Shown here piece by piece: positions 46,445 through 48,826 of a stretch of 48,826 nt of DNA. Source of the DNA: a virus; IMG/VR virus record IMGVR_UViG_3300042691_051905; one strand, given 5' to 3'. The notes beneath the pieces were generated by a model that had not been told where the DNA came from, made no database searches, and worked only from the letters and a program-made list of their open reading frames with translations. Position numbers and translations under genes: made by a program. Numbering within the stretch: position 1 is the first letter of the stretch; each line of letters begins with the position of its first letter.

Positions 46445-46490
46445 AATCGTGCATTTTGCCCTTGACAGCTATCGTGCCTAATGCACTATT
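46445..46490 (+). promoter_or_regulatory. Rightward early promoter with operators (PR/OR analogue); cI promoter presumably in the same 61-bp intergenic region
   Basis: GTGCATTTTGCCC TTGACA GCTATC GTGCCTAATGCAC TATT at 46449..46490. The 11-mers AATCGTGCATT (46445..46455) and AATGCACTATT (46480..46490) are inverted copies, 10/11 matching. Confidence 0.6.
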
Positions 46491-46496
46491 GACGCC

Positions 46497-46778
46497 ATGA
46501 TGAAAAATCGCGTCGATGAACTGATGAAGGCGGGGCTAACCCGGCAGGAAATTGCCGATTTCCTGTGCTGCCATGCCAGCCACGTTTCCCGGCTGCGACT
46601 GGGGCGCTGCAATTTGACGCCACTGCAATCGCGCGTTCTTGATCACCTTGCCGATTCCATGGGCCTCCCCCACCTCACCGCCGCGCAATTTGCCTCGGCT
46701 GCCGCGACTCCTCCCATTGGCGCGGCGCCTGGAGCCTCCGCAGCCCCCTCCGACTTCTCCCCGGAGGGGGCTGCGTGA
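46497..46778 (+). CDS. Cro-like HTH regulator
   Basis: 93 aa. The HTH is LTRQEIADFLCCHASHVSRLRLG. It is the first gene rightward of the switch. No SD is visible upstream, so the mRNA may be leaderless. Confidence 0.65.
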   Translation: MMKNRVDELMKAGLTRQEIADFLCCHASHVSRLRLGRCNLTPLQSRVLDHLADSMGLPHLTAAQFASAAATPPIGAAPGASAAPSDFSPEGAA

Positions 46779-46888
46779 TGGCCGTGCGTCTGGAATTGCC
46801 GGCCGGGGGTCTTGCGCCCGGGTCTTTCCGGCTGGGGGCCTGAGCCGTGATTTCCGAAATCTTCATCAGGAGGGAAGGGGGTTCAACG

Positions 46889-47101
46889 ATGCGCGTGCGG
46901 GTGCTGCGGGTGGATAACCAGAGGCGATTGCGCCTGGCGCGGAAGCTCGGCCGGCTCGGCTGGCCGCGATGGGCCATCCGGCGGGCCTGCCGCCTTTCGC
47001 CCCGCGCCGTGGAGCGCGCCCTTCGCGAGGAGAATCGAGGCCTCTGGGGCCGGTATTCCGAGGCCGTTCATCAGGAAATGAGGAGGTCGAAATGGGCATG
47101 A
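46889..47101 (+). CDS. Small basic HTH-like protein
   Basis: 70 aa from ATG 46889 with RBS AGGAGGGAAGGGG (..GWPRWAIRRACRLSPRAVERALRE..). Confidence 0.45.
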   Translation: MRVRVLRVDNQRRLRLARKLGRLGWPRWAIRRACRLSPRAVERALREENRGLWGRYSEAVHQEMRRSKWA

Positions 47102-47511
47102 TCAATTCCTGGGACAGCGATCTTCGCCGGCGCTTCCCCACCCATGGGGCCGCACTTGCCCGCATCGCGGAGCTTGAGGATTTGCAGAGCACGCCCCAGG
47201 GGCTGGCCTTGCGCGTGGAAGGCTTCACCACGCAGGAAACAGCCTTTGTCAATGTCATCGTGAAGACCGGCAGCCGCGCCGGTGACCGCATCATCACCTC
47301 GCGCGAGCGGGTTTATGCCCAGATATGGGGGTGCGACTCGGATGTTTCCGAGAATATCGTCGCCGTTTATTTGGTCAAAGTCCGGCGAAAGCTGGCGCCG
47401 CATGGAATTGCGATCGAAACGCTGTGGGGTGGCGATCTTGCGATGTCGCTGGCATCGGTCCGCTGCTGGAAGGCGCTGGTGGCCGACGCGCAGGGCGGGG
47501 GTGCGGCATGA
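47092..47511 (+). CDS. Winged-helix DNA-binding protein (OmpR/PhoB trans_reg_C-like)
   Basis: 139 aa from ATG 47092 with an AGGAGG RBS. FTTQETAFVNVIVKTGSRAGDRIITSRERVYAQIWGCDSDVSENIVAVYLVKVRRKLAPHGIAIETLWG fits the winged-helix effector-domain pattern without a receiver domain. Confidence 0.65.
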   Translation: MGMINSWDSDLRRRFPTHGAALARIAELEDLQSTPQGLALRVEGFTTQETAFVNVIVKTGSRAGDRIITSRERVYAQIWGCDSDVSENIVAVYLVKVRRKLAPHGIAIETLWGGDLAMSLASVRCWKALVADAQGGGAA

Positions 47512-48641
47512 CTGCCCCGCGCCGCGAAAACGACCCGGAATTCAAGCTGTGGATCGAGAAGGCCAAGGCCGGCTCGATGGAGATCGCGATCGGCCTTTCG
47601 GGCTTCCGGCCGAACAAGGGCTGCGAGCGCGCGAGCGAGCGAACCGGCCCTTGCCCGGCCTGTGGCGGGCGGGACCGTTTTGGCGTGAACATGCTGCGCC
47701 GGAAATTCAATTGCCGCGGCTGCAAGGTGAAGGGCAACAACGCGCTGGCGCTGGCCCTGGTCGGTGGCCGCGTGGGTTTTCTCGAAGCCTGCGAGGCGCT
47801 GGCTCTTGAGCCCCCGCCCCGCCCGATGCGCGGCGAAACGGCCAAGCAAAAAGCCGAGCGCGAGGCGCGCGCGGCTGACCTTAAAGCCAGGGCCGATGCG
47901 GAAGAGGCGAGGCGGCTCAAGGCCGAAGCCGAGGCTGACGCCTATCGCCTGCGGGCCGCGCGCGAGGTGTGGGACAAGGCCGAGCGGCACGACCTCGCCC
48001 CGGTGTTTCAGTATCTCGAAGGCAAGCGGGGCATTAATACCGCGGGACTGAACTGGTCGGTGATCCGCCTGGCGCATCTGCCCCTGCTGAACGAGCGCAA
48101 GCAGGTGCTGCATGAGGGGCCGGTGATGCTCTGCGCCATGGTGGATGCCGACGGCCGACTCGTGGGCGTGCATCGAACCTGGATCGGACCGGCAAAAGAC
48201 GGGCTGATGAGCAAGGGGCGGCCCATGGTGATTGACCCGGCCACGGGCGAGCGCGTGAAGACGAAAAAGGGGCTGGGGCTGAAGAAGGGCGCCGTGATCC
48301 GCCTTTCACGCGATCAACTCGTGCCGTCGCACCGCCTGTTCATGGGCGAGGGCATCGAGACGACGCTCTCGGTCTACACGGCCCTGCGCAAGGTGGAGTC
48401 GCCGCTGCTGTCCGGTTCGGCCTTCTTGTGCGGCATCGATCTTGGCAACATCGCTTATTCCGTGCCCGTGCCCGGCTGGTGTCGCGAGCTGGTGTTGCTC
48501 GGCGATGGCGATTCCGACCCGCACGACACGCGCGAGGCGCTGGAGGAATGCGCCCGCCGCTTCCGCGCGGCCGGCGCCGCGGTGCGCATCGTGATGCCCC
48601 CCGAGGGGCAGGATTTCAACGACATGCTGGCGGCCGCGTGA
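47508..48641 (+). CDS. DNA primase-like protein (Zn-ribbon plus Toprim)
   Basis: 377 aa from ATG 47508 (ATGA overlap). The Zn-ribbon is CPACGGRDRFGVNMLRRKFNCRGCKVKG. The Toprim motifs are MGEGIETTLS and LLGDGDSD. Confidence 0.8.
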   Translation: MTAPRRENDPEFKLWIEKAKAGSMEIAIGLSGFRPNKGCERASERTGPCPACGGRDRFGVNMLRRKFNCRGCKVKGNNALALALVGGRVGFLEACEALALEPPPRPMRGETAKQKAEREARAADLKARADAEEARRLKAEAEADAYRLRAAREVWDKAERHDLAPVFQYLEGKRGINTAGLNWSVIRLAHLPLLNERKQVLHEGPVMLCAMVDADGRLVGVHRTWIGPAKDGLMSKGRPMVIDPATGERVKTKKGLGLKKGAVIRLSRDQLVPSHRLFMGEGIETTLSVYTALRKVESPLLSGSAFLCGIDLGNIAYSVPVPGWCRELVLLGDGDSDPHDTREALEECARRFRAAGAAVRIVMPPEGQDFNDMLAAA

Positions 48642-48684
48642 TGCGCTGGATCGGGCAGCGGATCGAGATCGCTCGGGGGCTCAA

Positions 48685-48826
48685 ATGAGTGCCGTGACTT
48701 TTCTTGATGGCAAGGTGGAGTTGCGCGGCGGGGATTGCCTCGCGCTGATCCGCGCTGTGCCGGATTGCAGCATTGATTCCATTGTGACGGACCCGCCCTA
48801 TGCGCTGGTTTCGATTGTGAAAAGGT
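48685..48826 (+). CDS. DNA methyltransferase, 5' portion (continues at 1..1319 across the circular junction)
   Basis: ATG 48685; MSAVTFLDGKVELRGGDCLALIRAVPDCSIDSIVTDPPYALVSIVKR. It is in frame with ORF 21..1319 once the 30-bp overlap is collapsed. Confidence 0.9.
   Translation, partial: MSAVTFLDGKVELRGGDCLALIRAVPDCSIDSIVTDPPYALVSIVKR
48797..48826. repeat. Terminal direct repeat, copy 2
   Basis: Identical to 1..30. Confidence 0.95.

Larger units (their letters stand above)
1..48826. mobile_element. Complete, circularly closed temperate tailed-phage genome (unique length 48,796 bp; lambda-type head module, Mu-type contractile tail)
   Basis: The first 30 nt equal the last 30 nt. Closing the circle joins 48685..48826 in frame to 1..1319 as a single methyltransferase gene. 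Integrase, CI/Cro switch, replication, packaging, head, tail and lysis modules are present, with no recognisable host housekeeping flank. Confidence 0.85.

Noticed and set aside
46779-46888. CCGGG..CCCGG hairpin after the Cro-like gene, considered as an early terminator (tR1-like).
   Set aside because: It has only a 5-bp stem with a 9-nt loop and no proper T-run, which is too weak to call.
1-48826. A search by eye for tRNA, tmRNA or rRNA genes, a reverse transcriptase/DGR, transposases or IS elements, invertase/shufflon systems, and CRISPR arrays.
   Set aside because: No cloverleaf-like conserved tRNA segments, RT (YxDD), DDE transposase or serine-invertase motifs were recognised in any plausible ORF. 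The absence is by inspection only and should be confirmed with tRNAscan and profile searches.

Overview
This high-GC 48.8-kb window is a complete, circularly closed temperate tailed-phage genome. The first 30 nt are repeated exactly as the last 30 nt. Closing the circle gives a unique length of 48,796 bp and rebuilds one DPPY DNA methyltransferase gene across the junction. Rightward early operon: a CI/Cro-type switch at about 46.4 kb, then a Cro-like HTH, a small HTH protein, a winged-helix protein, a Zn-finger/Toprim primase, the methyltransferase, a P4/D5-type SF3 helicase, and an iteron-rich AT-centred candidate origin at 3.09-3.37 kb. Late operon (about 4.4-36.0 kb): lambda-type packaging and head genes (Nu1-like TerS, GpA-family TerL, gpW, lambda-type portal, a fused prohead-protease/major-capsid ORF, a DUF2190 decoration protein). 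These are followed by a Mu-type contractile tail and baseplate (gp38-like, sheath, tube, -1 frameshifted chaperone, tape measure, DNA-circulation, gpP, gp45-48 homologues, fibres). Next come a lysis cassette (M15 endolysin interrupted by one in-frame TAG, holin, spanin candidates), more fibre-like or unknown virion genes, and cargo (secreted Cys-rich protein, metallophosphoesterase, dNMP-kinase-like protein). The operon ends at a perfect 18-bp-stem terminator, followed by a candidate attP and a tyrosine integrase. Leftward early operon (45.4 to 37.4 kb, minus strand): HD hydrolase, beta sliding clamp, SSB, a PrtN-family activator, small Cys-rich proteins joined by 29-bp junction repeats, and a more AT-rich cassette. 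The strongest novelty candidate sits in that cassette: a seryl-tRNA synthetase paralogue reduced to the class II catalytic core, with no tRNA-binding arm. Other notable points are a P22 immI-like RHH/antirepressor module inside the tail operon, a 242-bp gene insertion bounded by 20-bp direct repeats between terL and gpW, a duplicated promoter-operator module at both early promoters, and iterated GATTGACAC boxes ahead of the packaging genes. All functional calls come from reading motifs by eye; no searches were run.
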